In this document: positions 34,741-41,565 of the stretch, in pieces
Position numbering within the stretch: the first letter of the stretch is position 1
Layout: each line of letters opens with the position of its first letter
Sequence record: NC_100372.1
Length of the DNA stretch: 64,000 bases
Reading direction: 5' to 3' (one strand)
From: a phage
Made by a program: the position numbers and the translations under genes
Notes under the pieces: generated by a model
Databases searched by the model: none
Seen by the model: the letters and a program-made list of their open reading frames with translations, nothing else
Told to the model about the DNA's origin: nothing

Positions 34741-35038
34741 ACGGGCAATTTAACATAATACCTATTATGCGCACCACTGGCGATACATACAGGGATTGAT
34801 AACATGGGTTACTGTTTACGCACATAACAATTATATTTATTACTATTTGTGTGGGATATAGTTAGCAACCAATAGATTAGATATTGACCTGCAGACTTCT
34901 GACCGTCCAGACGTCTAAACGCCCACACAACAAGGATTATACATACATTCCTGAATGTAAACAGGGCCGCAAAAAATGCTACCATACCAGTTTGTAAATT
35001 TTTCATGCAGCACTTGACAAAGAGGAGAAAAACTTGTC

Positions 35039-35100
35039 TGACACAATGTGACAAAATTGCCACTTTTGACACTTTTACCTTTGACACAATATGACACAAT
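35039..35100 (+). repeat. TGACACAAT iteron cluster (5 copies, 3 perfect)
   Basis: Perfect copies at 35039-35047, 35082-35090 and 35092-35100. Variants at 35049 (TGACAAAAT) and 35067 (TGACACTTT). Confidence 0.8.
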
Positions 35101-35193
35101 AACGGCTGTTACTATTCCATATCTCACTGTTTACGTATAGACTGTTTACGCCTGAATAGTTTACGCCCAAACTGTTTACACAGAGATGATAAG

Positions 35194-35432
35194 CCATGAC
35201 ATTCGTTTGCATGAAAACAATTAACAAGTTAATAATATATGACATAATATAAAAGCAGGGCAACTATTAGAAGATCTATAGTTGCCTTGCTTGTTATGTC
35301 ATGATTAACTAAATACAAGGCAACTATGATCTGAATAATAGATTGCAGAAAAACTATCACGGGGGTGATTGTTACTGCTTTTATATTATGTCGCGACTCC
35401 GTCGCGCCATGCCATTCGTTTGCATAGTTGCC
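35194..35432. repeat. Nested direct-repeat / inverted-repeat / palindrome structure
   Basis: 19-nt DR CCATGaCATTCGTTTGCAT (35194-35212 and 35407-35425, 1 mismatch). 18-bp perfect IR GACATAATATAAAAGCAG (35241-35258) / CTGCTTTTATATTATGTC (35375-35392). GGCAACTAT/ATAGTTGCC at 35259, 35278, 35319 and 35424. Confidence 0.85.
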
Positions 35433-36040
35433 TTATTGTTACAGGTAAAACAATTACATTATTAATTATTTCTTATCTTTCTCTTAGTCATCTAATGATT
35501 CCAGTCAGTATAGTAATGTACAGTAAACATTAGACGACTAAAGATTTCTCTGTGTATAATAACTTATCGTGACAATTTCGAACTGTTTACGAAAAATGTT
35601 GACACCTGAGCTGATTTATGTTATGCAGTTTACACGAATAATTATTTTATGCAGGTATTGACTATTCCGTTATTCTGTGGTTGGAATAAATACTTTGCAG
35701 ACTATAGAATGGCGTGCGTACGTGAATTCTGAGATCTGGCGGCTATAGTTATACTCGATTTTTCGCGTAGAACACGCTTTCGATGCTGTGTAAGTGTATG
35801 ACTTATAAAGATTTTTAGTTGTTGACAAGATATTGGAGATGTGCATCAGGTTAAAATTTGTGCAATAGCGGCATTACGTGCACTTTTGGGAGAGAAAACG
35901 GGTAAAAATGGCCCTGCTACCACACAATGAAAGATTATGCAATGGTTATTTTCCATGTATATTTGTACAGTATGTGGGATTGATGGCTAGTCAATTATTC
36001 CACTTGCCAGGTAGGGCCGTTTATGGTAGGAGAAGAGCAG

Positions 36041-36069
36041 ACAAAAAGAAAGGGGCCTTTAAGCCCCTT
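36041..36069 (-). terminator. Rho-independent terminator ending the - strand arm
   Basis: On the - strand: AAGGGGC-TTAAAG-GCCCCTT followed by TCTTTTTGT. Confidence 0.8.
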
Positions 36070-36087
36070 GATAATTCAGTTAAGAAA

Positions 36088-36507
36088 TTATAATGATTCG
36101 TATATTTCAAAAATCCGATTTGCCAGGTCGTTACGGTAGCGGAATTTTTCATCGCGCTTGATCATTAAATCCTTATAGCCGTACTCTTTAAGCACTTCAT
36201 TAACTTTATAGCGGCATACCTGCATATTATCTTGAGCGTCACCAATAAACTTGTTGCTGTGGTGCATTGCTTTAATTTCTTCTTCCAGGACCAGGGCAAC
36301 TACCCGGACCGGATCAAGCTGGTAGGCGGTAACATCTATGCGGCATTGTAGACGGCTTTTAACGTCTGCCACCGGATATACTGCAACCTCTTCCCCGTCA
36401 ACATTGACAATAATTAGTTTACCATCGATTTCGAATCCTTTCGCCGCCGGACCGTGACAAAAAGCGTTATCAAAGCTATATGCCGGATTATCAGATTTAA
36501 TGTTCAT
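36088..36507 (-). CDS. Hypothetical protein
   Basis: AGAGG SD. Own promoter at 36557-36585. Confidence 0.65.
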   Translation of the reverse strand: MNIKSDNPAYSFDNAFCHGPAAKGFEIDGKLIIVNVDGEEVAVYPVADVKSRLQCRIDVTAYQLDPVRVVALVLEEEIKAMHHSNKFIGDAQDNMQVCRYKVNEVLKEYGYKDLMIKRDEKFRYRNDLANRIFEIYESL

Positions 36508-36556
36508 GGTGTTTTTACCTCTTAGTTAATTTTCTTACAACTTCCCTTCAAAAAAG

Positions 36557-36585
36557 AATATAGCAAAACTGCCGATCCCTGTCAA
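36557..36585 (-). promoter_or_regulatory. sigma70-type promoter (-35 inside a palindrome)
   Basis: On the - strand: TTGACA(36585-36580), 17 nt spacer, TATATT(36562-36557). ATCCCT-TGTTGAC-AGGGAT palindrome brackets the -35. Confidence 0.7.
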
Positions 36586-36651
36586 CAAGGGATAGCATAA
36601 TTTTTATGTGATCAAGGGGCTTTATCGCCCCTGACCATGCAACCTGTTGTA

Positions 36652-36915
36652 TTATTTGTTGCTCATCCAGTTTTCCCAAGCTGCCTGATAATCTGCCTCA
36701 CTACGGCGGATCTCTTCTTGTTCTTCAAGCCGGATCTCTTCTTCCAGGTACCCCAAGATATCGGCTTTTTTGGTCTGGCGTAACATCCAATCGTCTTTTT
36801 TGCGAGTAAAGATCTTGTACGCTTTCTCGCAAACTTCTTTTTTGCTACCTTTTTGGACTTCAAGAATTCTGTAAGCCATGTACTGAACTAGTTTGAGCTG
36901 GTCAAGACGTTTCAT
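36652..36915 (-). CDS. Hypothetical protein
   Basis: AAGAGGAAA SD. The overlapping track ORF 36663..36863 is rejected. Confidence 0.65.
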   Translation of the reverse strand: MKRLDQLKLVQYMAYRILEVQKGSKKEVCEKAYKIFTRKKDDWMLRQTKKADILGYLEEEIRLEEQEEIRRSEADYQAAWENWMSNK

Positions 36916-36971
36916 GATGTTTTCCTCTTTATGTGGTTCGTTTCGATTAGTTGATAATATAGCATGAATTG

Positions 36972-37190
36972 CTATTTACTCACAACAATATCGAAAACAA
37001 ATTTTTCTTTGTTGTCAAAACTCACGTATCCGATTCGACCACGCAATCCCCGAGTAGTGCCGTATTCGTAACCATCAAGGCCTTTAACCTTCCAATCCGT
37101 ACCCATTAAAACCGCATTATATTTCTGACCAACTACAAAAGCGCTACCAGTTGATTCAATGCAAACAACTTTAATTTTACGGGTTGCCAT
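36972..37190 (-). CDS. Hypothetical protein
   Basis: AGAGAGAAAG upstream. No motif recognised. Confidence 0.6.
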   Translation of the reverse strand: MATRKIKVVCIESTGSAFVVGQKYNAVLMGTDWKVKGLDGYEYGTTRGLRGRIGYVSFDNKEKFVFDIVVSK

Positions 37191-37252
37191 TTTCTTTCTC
37201 TCTTTTTGTGCGGTTCTGATTAGTGGGCCTTTTGGCCCGTGTCATTATCTTA

Positions 37253-37525
37253 TTACTTACGGCGGCAGAATTCAAGCGTTTTTAATTGATAATCTTCCTC
37301 AGCCTGAAGTACAACCGCCTCGATCATTTCGTTGGCATTGTTGAAGCCATACCCTTTAGCGAACTCGTCCGCACCACCTTCGTGATCATGTTCTGCGTTC
37401 ATCGCTTCCACGAAATGGAATTCAAGATTATTGAGATAAGGGCTTGATGTTCCGTCCTCTTTTTCGATGAGATCCCAAATAGTATTAAAACGTGATTCGA
37501 CTTCTTGGTTAATCCAGCTTAACAT
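37253..37525 (-). CDS. Hypothetical acidic protein
   Basis: AGAGAGGAAAA SD. Promoter at 37580-37608. Confidence 0.65.
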   Translation of the reverse strand: MLSWINQEVESRFNTIWDLIEKEDGTSSPYLNNLEFHFVEAMNAEHDHEGGADEFAKGYGFNNANEMIEAVVLQAEEDYQLKTLEFCRRK

Positions 37526-37579
37526 GGCGTTTTCCTCTCTTCTGGTTGTTGTGTGGGCACTTTTGCCCCTTCAAGATAA

Positions 37580-37608
37580 ATGTTACCCCACCGCCTGGCA
37601 GGTGTCAA
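37580..37608 (-). promoter_or_regulatory. sigma70-type promoter
   Basis: On the - strand: TTGACA(37608-37603), 17 nt spacer, TAACAT(37585-37580). Confidence 0.6.
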
Positions 37609-37630
37609 CGGTTTTTATAGTTTTTTATAT

Positions 37631-37677
37631 GACAGGCACCCCCGGTGATTGTCTCCCCCCGTCGCCAGGTGCCTGCC
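37631..37677 (-). repeat. GC-rich hairpin element, copy C (candidate ncRNA / protein-binding hairpin)
   Basis: On the - strand: GGCAGGCACC-UGGCGACGGGGGGAGACAAUCACCGGG-GGUGCCUGUC. The 23-nt core (37635-37657) is the exact reverse complement of 45480-45502. Confidence 0.7.
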
Positions 37678-37692
37678 GTGAAACAAGTATAA

Positions 37693-37720
37693 CAAAAAAC
37701 AGGACCATTACAAGCCCTGT
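37693..37720 (-). terminator. Rho-independent terminator
   Basis: On the - strand: ACAGG-GCTTGTAATGGT-CCTGT followed by TTTTTTG. Confidence 0.7.
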
Positions 37721-37737
37721 TTTATGGTTTATAAAGA

Positions 37738-37929
37738 TTATATTTTTTCGCCTATATAGTCCGGTCGGTTTTTCTCTGTCATACGCTTAAGCAATTCTTG
37801 CATGTTGCTTATGGCTTGCAGTGTATCCTCTTCAAGGGATGAATCGAGATAATCAGGATCATTCTTCACCTTGCAATGGTTATGGTAACGTAGTACTGCC
37901 AGTACTTTTTTAACTTCTTCTGCTGTCAT
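37738..37929 (-). CDS. Hypothetical protein
   Basis: AGGTGG SD. Third gene of a 3-gene unit. Confidence 0.6.
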   Translation of the reverse strand: MTAEEVKKVLAVLRYHNHCKVKNDPDYLDSSLEEDTLQAISNMQELLKRMTEKNRPDYIGEKI

Positions 37930-37937
37930 TATTCCAC

Positions 37938-38072
37938 CTAAAACAATGAGTTAATATATAACATTAGATCGCTGACTACCAGGACAACACTGATCAGCAC
38001 ATACCTAACCATAAGGGGAAAGATCGCCAACATTGCCACCACGATCCCCATGGTAATAATTATCTTTCTCAT
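37938..38072 (-). CDS. Membrane mini-protein (44 aa, 2 hydrophobic spans)
   Basis: MRKIIITMGIVVAMLAIFPLMVRYVLISVVLVVSDLMLYINSLF. ATG 2 nt after the upstream stop. Below the track cut-off. Confidence 0.5.
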   Translation of the reverse strand: MRKIIITMGIVVAMLAIFPLMVRYVLISVVLVVSDLMLYINSLF

Positions 38073-38074
38073 GG

Positions 38075-38359
38075 TTAACGGTTCACGTAAGTTTTCCCGT
38101 TTACGGTTATCGGCAGATCCTCCAGGTCTGGATCTTCTTTAAGGTCGCGAGCAAGTTCACCGCACCGGACGCCCTCGAATCCGTAGTACTCTGTAGTGCC
38201 GTCCTTAAAAGTTTTTGCGGCAAGGCATAGGCGATAAGTAACCCCGATTTGATTGACGGCATGGATATCAGTTAGATCTACCTCTTTTGCCAACTCTTTA
38301 GCCATTACAGGCGCATTAAGTCCAACAACCAGGGCAACCACTGCGATCATCTTTTTCAT
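38075..38359 (-). CDS. Secreted (periplasmic) protein with Sec signal peptide
   Basis: MKKMIAVVALVVGLNAPVMA|KE, a typical n-h-c signal with an AxA-like VMA site. AGAGGA SD. Confidence 0.7.
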   Translation of the reverse strand: MKKMIAVVALVVGLNAPVMAKELAKEVDLTDIHAVNQIGVTYRLCLAAKTFKDGTTEYYGFEGVRCGELARDLKEDPDLEDLPITVNGKTYVNR

Positions 38360-38450
38360 TGTGTCTATCCTCTTTCTGCTACGTTTAAGGCGGCAGTAAC
38401 CGCCTGTTTATGCTTTGTTGGTTAATTTTCGGGTATCTGTATAAATTAAA

Positions 38451-38666
38451 CTATGCTGTACGCTCAACTATAACAACGGCTTGAGGGATCTCACCTTCAA
38501 CCACTATCAAGGCTTTTTTCTGCGTGATAGATATCTTTACCCGCTTCAGCGTGGCGGTAAAATCTTTCATTTCGTCACGTGGTGTTTTAGTGCAATACCA
38601 GATCTCAGGCTTGCCGATCTGCAAGTTGCGTAAAAATTCTGTTTTGCCTGTTTTGTTGGTGATCAT
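38451..38666 (-). CDS. Hypothetical protein
   Basis: AGAGGGG SD. Confidence 0.6.
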   Translation of the reverse strand: MITNKTGKTEFLRNLQIGKPEIWYCTKTPRDEMKDFTATLKRVKISITQKKALIVVEGEIPQAVVIVERTA

Positions 38667-38722
38667 TTGCCCCTCTTTATTTTTTCATAATTTCAGGAGG
38701 GGCCTTTTCGGCCCCGCCAGGC

Positions 38723-39007
38723 TTATTTATTGATGGCGTGCAACGGGAAAGGTACGCCAGGTTGATAGATAACTTTTACAACCTCATCAGGGCAAAAGAA
38801 GTTGCAAAATTCACCGCAATAGGCTTCGTCTTCTTTTAGCTCTTCATCAACATACTCAAAAAAGTAGTCGATGCTTGGATAATCCTGGCCGGGATTATAG
38901 TCGACCATTGTCAGGACTAGCTCAAGATCGTTGCGTAGGATATGCATACCAGCTTTTAAGTATTTGGCTTCCATTTCTACTACATCGCCAACGGTAACAA
39001 TAGCCAT
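38723..39007 (-). CDS. Hypothetical acidic protein
   Basis: TAGGAG SD. TTGCAT/GATAAT promoter about 39070-39100. Confidence 0.65.
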   Translation of the reverse strand: MAIVTVGDVVEMEAKYLKAGMHILRNDLELVLTMVDYNPGQDYPSIDYFFEYVDEELKEDEAYCGEFCNFFCPDEVVKVIYQPGVPFPLHAINK

Positions 39008-39215
39008 GGTTTTAACTCCTATCTATCCGGTTAATGATTGGAGGCCTCACCGCCCCCCCCGACACCCTTTATTATCCATATTGTAGGACTTGATGCAAGT
39101 ACTTCTTTAAAAAATTTTTAAGCGCCTTGGGGCCGCTGTAACGCCAAAATAATAAAGGCCATGCGGGTTGCATAGCCTTTAGATGATTATATCGCTGTAG
39201 GCCCTGCTGGGGGCC

Positions 39216-39566
39216 TTATTTTGCATTATTTCCTATATTGCCGCTACGGTACCAGCGTTTACGGTGAAAATGGTAATAATCGCCATCGGCATTGAACATC
39301 AGATGGTTTTCAATAACCAGCTTACGAAGGTGGGCCGGATCTTGTTCCATTCTTGCCAGACTCTGGCGGCTGTTACGTAAGCGGATAAATTCCATATTCA
39401 GGCCGTTGATTGCAGCATGGATGTCAAAGTAACCACCTTTGAGACGTTCACGCATGGCGTTAATCTCAACACAATATACAGATTTCTCACAAATCAAGGT
39501 ATTAGCCAGGGCGCGGACCTGGGCAAGGGGGTTAAGCTCATTAAGGTAATATAGTTTTACTTTCAT
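39216..39566 (-). CDS. Hypothetical protein
   Basis: Start as in the ORF track. Weak SD. Confidence 0.55.
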   Translation of the reverse strand: MKVKLYYLNELNPLAQVRALANTLICEKSVYCVEINAMRERLKGGYFDIHAAINGLNMEFIRLRNSRQSLARMEQDPAHLRKLVIENHLMFNADGDYYHFHRKRWYRSGNIGNNAK

Positions 39567-39583
39567 AAAATAACCTGCTGAAA

Positions 39584-39883
39584 CTAGTTTGAGAAAACAT
39601 CGTTCACAATAGCGATCACAATGCCGTTCACCTTGTCACGGTCAACAATGCACAAATCGCCATAGATCATGTGGTAGTCTGGATGATCTTTCACGGAATA
39701 ATCAATGAGTGTTTTCTTATCGTCCAGCTTACTAACTTCCATTCTCATAACGATATGAGAATCATCAAAGGCATTATTCCGAAAAGTCATAACCTGACCG
39801 CCAGGGCACCCGGTGATCTCTACTTCCACGCCGTCTACGATCTGACCATCAAAGAAATAAAGATTATTAGCCTGGATAAACAT
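39584..39883 (-). CDS. Hypothetical protein
   Basis: ATG 39883, 8 nt after GGAG (the track start 39904 is GTG). Confidence 0.6.
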   Translation of the reverse strand: MFIQANNLYFFDGQIVDGVEVEITGCPGGQVMTFRNNAFDDSHIVMRMEVSKLDDKKTLIDYSVKDHPDYHMIYGDLCIVDRDKVNGIVIAIVNDVFSN

Positions 39884-39927
39884 GATCATTACTCCTTTTT
39901 GCACTGATTATTTTAACAGGGTTTAAA

Positions 39928-39972
39928 TTTACTTTATTGATGGCCCTGGAGTCAAGGCCATCTAAAAATAAA
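39928..39972 (-). repeat. 45-bp perfect repeat, copy 1: hairpin with the -35 hexamer in its loop
   Basis: Identical to 43671-43715. On the - strand: GATGGCC-TTGACTCCAG-GGCCATC, then about 18 nt to TAAATT. Confidence 0.85.
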
Positions 39973-39974
39973 TT

Positions 39975-40175
39975 TTACAGGCCTACAATCTCTTTAATTC
40001 GTTTTACTGCTGCCTCAGCGCCTTGAGGGTAAAAATTATGGTAACCAATCACGCGGGTAATACTGATCGCCACTTGATGATCTTCATAATCGCCTTTGAA
40101 GATTTCTTGACCGTCAATCAGCACGGCAATTTTTTCTTCTTTTTTGAAGTTAATAACGCGGATATTGTTGCTCAT
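39975..40175 (-). CDS. Hypothetical protein (66 aa)
   Basis: ATG 40175 after AAAGGAGAAA. Confidence 0.6.
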   Translation of the reverse strand: MSNNIRVINFKKEEKIAVLIDGQEIFKGDYEDHQVAISITRVIGYHNFYPQGAEAAVKRIKEIVGL

Positions 40176-40280
40176 TTTGTTTCTCCTTTCTGGTCTTTGT
40201 GTTGGTGGGGATTGCTCCCCGTTGATTGTTATTATCCATATTTCCGGACCGGATTGCAACACCCTAGAAGAAAAATTTTT

Positions 40281-40310
40281 GAAAAAGTTAAGCCCCCAGG
40301 GATTGGGGGC
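40281..40310 (-). terminator. Rho-independent terminator
   Basis: On the - strand: GCCCCCA-ATCCC-TGGGGGC followed by TTAACTTTTTC. Confidence 0.7.
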
Positions 40311-40315
40311 CGTTA

Positions 40316-40435
40316 TCAGTTACTTACAGCGATAAAGTACATCCCTACGCCTAACAATATTTCAAGGGCGATGATCTCAAGCCATACCGTAACACGGCGC
40401 ACCTTATCGGTGCGGGGCTTATCCTTGGGTGTCAT
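40316..40435 (-). CDS. Single-TM mini-protein (39 aa)
   Basis: MTPKDKPRTDKVRRVTVWLEIIALEILLGVGMYFIAVSN. GGAGG/GGGGGAG upstream. Confidence 0.45.
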   Translation of the reverse strand: MTPKDKPRTDKVRRVTVWLEIIALEILLGVGMYFIAVSN

Positions 40436-40455
40436 CGTCTCCCCCTTTCCTCCTG

Positions 40456-40677
40456 TTAGCAGTGACGTGGTTTGCAATGGCCCCCAGGAGTATTATCACC
40501 ACGCACATTACAAGAAAAATTATCTCTGTCGTTGTTCGATCCATTGTTATAAAATTCCTTAAGATCAGGCCTGAAAATAAAGCTTTCGTTATTGAATCCA
40601 TCCCGCCAGGCGGCTGGCTTCAAATCTTCACTAAATGGATTAATTAACGTGGTATTATTTAAACGGCTGGCCCACAT
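40456..40677 (-). CDS. Hypothetical N/D-rich protein (73 aa)
   Basis: Preferred over the overlapping TM-like track ORF 40419..40601. It has fewer rare codons and a clean stop-SD-ATG junction to the next ORF. Confidence 0.45.
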   Translation of the reverse strand: MWASRLNNTTLINPFSEDLKPAAWRDGFNNESFIFRPDLKEFYNNGSNNDRDNFSCNVRGDNTPGGHCKPRHC

Positions 40678-41026
40678 ATTTTCTATTCCTCTCAAATAAG
40701 CGATCCGCCTCAGTTAAACAAATCTCATGGGCGTGATCTCTGGTTTTAGCTTCATCGAAAACCTGTTGTGCAAGGCTGCAACGTAGGGAGACTGGAAGAT
40801 CACTATAATAGGCGTTGACAAACGTTTGAGCGTCGTACAGGTCTGAAAATACTTTACCCTTTCTATTATTCCCCTTGTCAACAATTGCAAGGATAACCAA
40901 TACAATAGTTGCAACCACTCCCAGGAAGATAGATATAATAAACCATAAAAAGGCGGATCTACCCATCTTGCCAGCGATCCAGGCGTTAAACAAGGCAACT
41001 AATATAGCCAAAATAATAAATTCCAT
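40655..41026 (-). CDS. Membrane protein (2 TM) with cytoplasmic C-terminal domain
   Basis: MEFIILAILVALFNAWIAGK...FLWFIISIFLGVVATIVLVILAIV. AAAGAGG SD at ATG 41026. Confidence 0.65.
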   Translation of the reverse strand: MEFIILAILVALFNAWIAGKMGRSAFLWFIISIFLGVVATIVLVILAIVDKGNNRKGKVFSDLYDAQTFVNAYYSDLPVSLRCSLAQQVFDEAKTRDHAHEICLTEADRLFERNRKYVGQPFK

Positions 41027-41093
41027 TCTATGTACCTCTTTTACAGTTCTGATTAACAATAAGGCGGCAAATATGCCGCCGCCTGTTACCTGA

Positions 41094-41474
41094 TTAAAAA
41101 TTATCGCCGTAAATCTTTCCGCTTTCTACCCATACCACCACGCGGGGCATACTATCCCACACATCTTGTTTTAGATTGAGCGAGTGCAGTTCTTCGGTGG
41201 TGCTCATACCGGGCACGGGCTGATTGTATACTGCAAAACGACCGCCTGCATAATCATAGGCCAGGGTTAAATCACACTGGATCATCTTTTTGATCATGGC
41301 ATTAAGCATAGCGTTAGCCGCGTACTGATCTCGTTTTAATGGCAACTCTTTAATCAGTTTGCGATAGTTTTCGATATGGTCGCACACTGTTTCACGCGGA
41401 AGATCTTTCATATCTTCACGGAATGTAACCAGGTTAAACATAACGGTGTCAATAGCTTTAGTAGTGTTTTTCAT
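41094..41474 (-). CDS. Hypothetical protein
   Basis: ATG 41474 after AAGAGGAAA. Confidence 0.65.
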   Translation of the reverse strand: MKNTTKAIDTVMFNLVTFREDMKDLPRETVCDHIENYRKLIKELPLKRDQYAANAMLNAMIKKMIQCDLTLAYDYAGGRFAVYNQPVPGMSTTEELHSLNLKQDVWDSMPRVVVWVESGKIYGDNF

Positions 41475-41529
41475 GATGTTTTCCTCTTTGTTTTGTGGGA
41501 GGCAAGTCATCTCGCCCCCTTGAGTTTTA

Positions 41530-41557
41530 AATATAGCAGGTTTTTAGATTATTGCAA
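41530..41557 (-). promoter_or_regulatory. sigma70-type promoter
   Basis: On the - strand: TTGCAA(41557-41552), 16 nt spacer, TATATT(41535-41530). Confidence 0.6.
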
Positions 41558-41565
41558 CACTTTAT

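Larger units (their letters stand above)
34812..35634 (+). repeat. CTGTTTACG iteron array (7 same-orientation copies)
   Basis: Copies at 34812, 35127, 35142, 35157 (TAGTTTACG), 35172 (CTGTTTACA), 35583 and 35626 (CAGTTTACA). Confidence 0.8.

Noticed and set aside
34062-35263. Track ORFs in the island on the - strand (34062..34367, 34809..35099, 34915..35127, 35075..35263), plus 35878..36093 on the + strand.
   Set aside because: They have no SD and overlap each other and the iteron arrays. Their composition is skewed and Cys/Gly/Val-rich, typical of translated repeats. 35878..36093 starts with GTG and runs into the opposite-strand terminator.
33574-36087. tRNA, tmRNA, group I intron or other known RNA genes in the ORF-free island (and in 45122-46138).
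   Set aside because: I could not find T-loop-like GTTCRANYC with a matching acceptor or anticodon stem, or any other signature I recognise. This is a by-eye search only; tRNAscan-SE or Rfam should be run.
40023-40562. 179-aa + strand ORF spanning three - strand genes.
   Set aside because: It crosses a - strand promoter, an SD and a terminator hairpin. It is antisense to better-supported small genes and has no SD.
40419-40601. 60-aa TM-like - strand ORF as the gene in this slot.
   Set aside because: It competes with the overlapping 40456..40677 frame. That frame has fewer rare codons (the TM-like frame has ATA x4, AGG x3, CGA, GGA) and gives a clean stop-SD-ATG junction with the next ORF. 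It is kept only as an alternative, and the decision is low-confidence.
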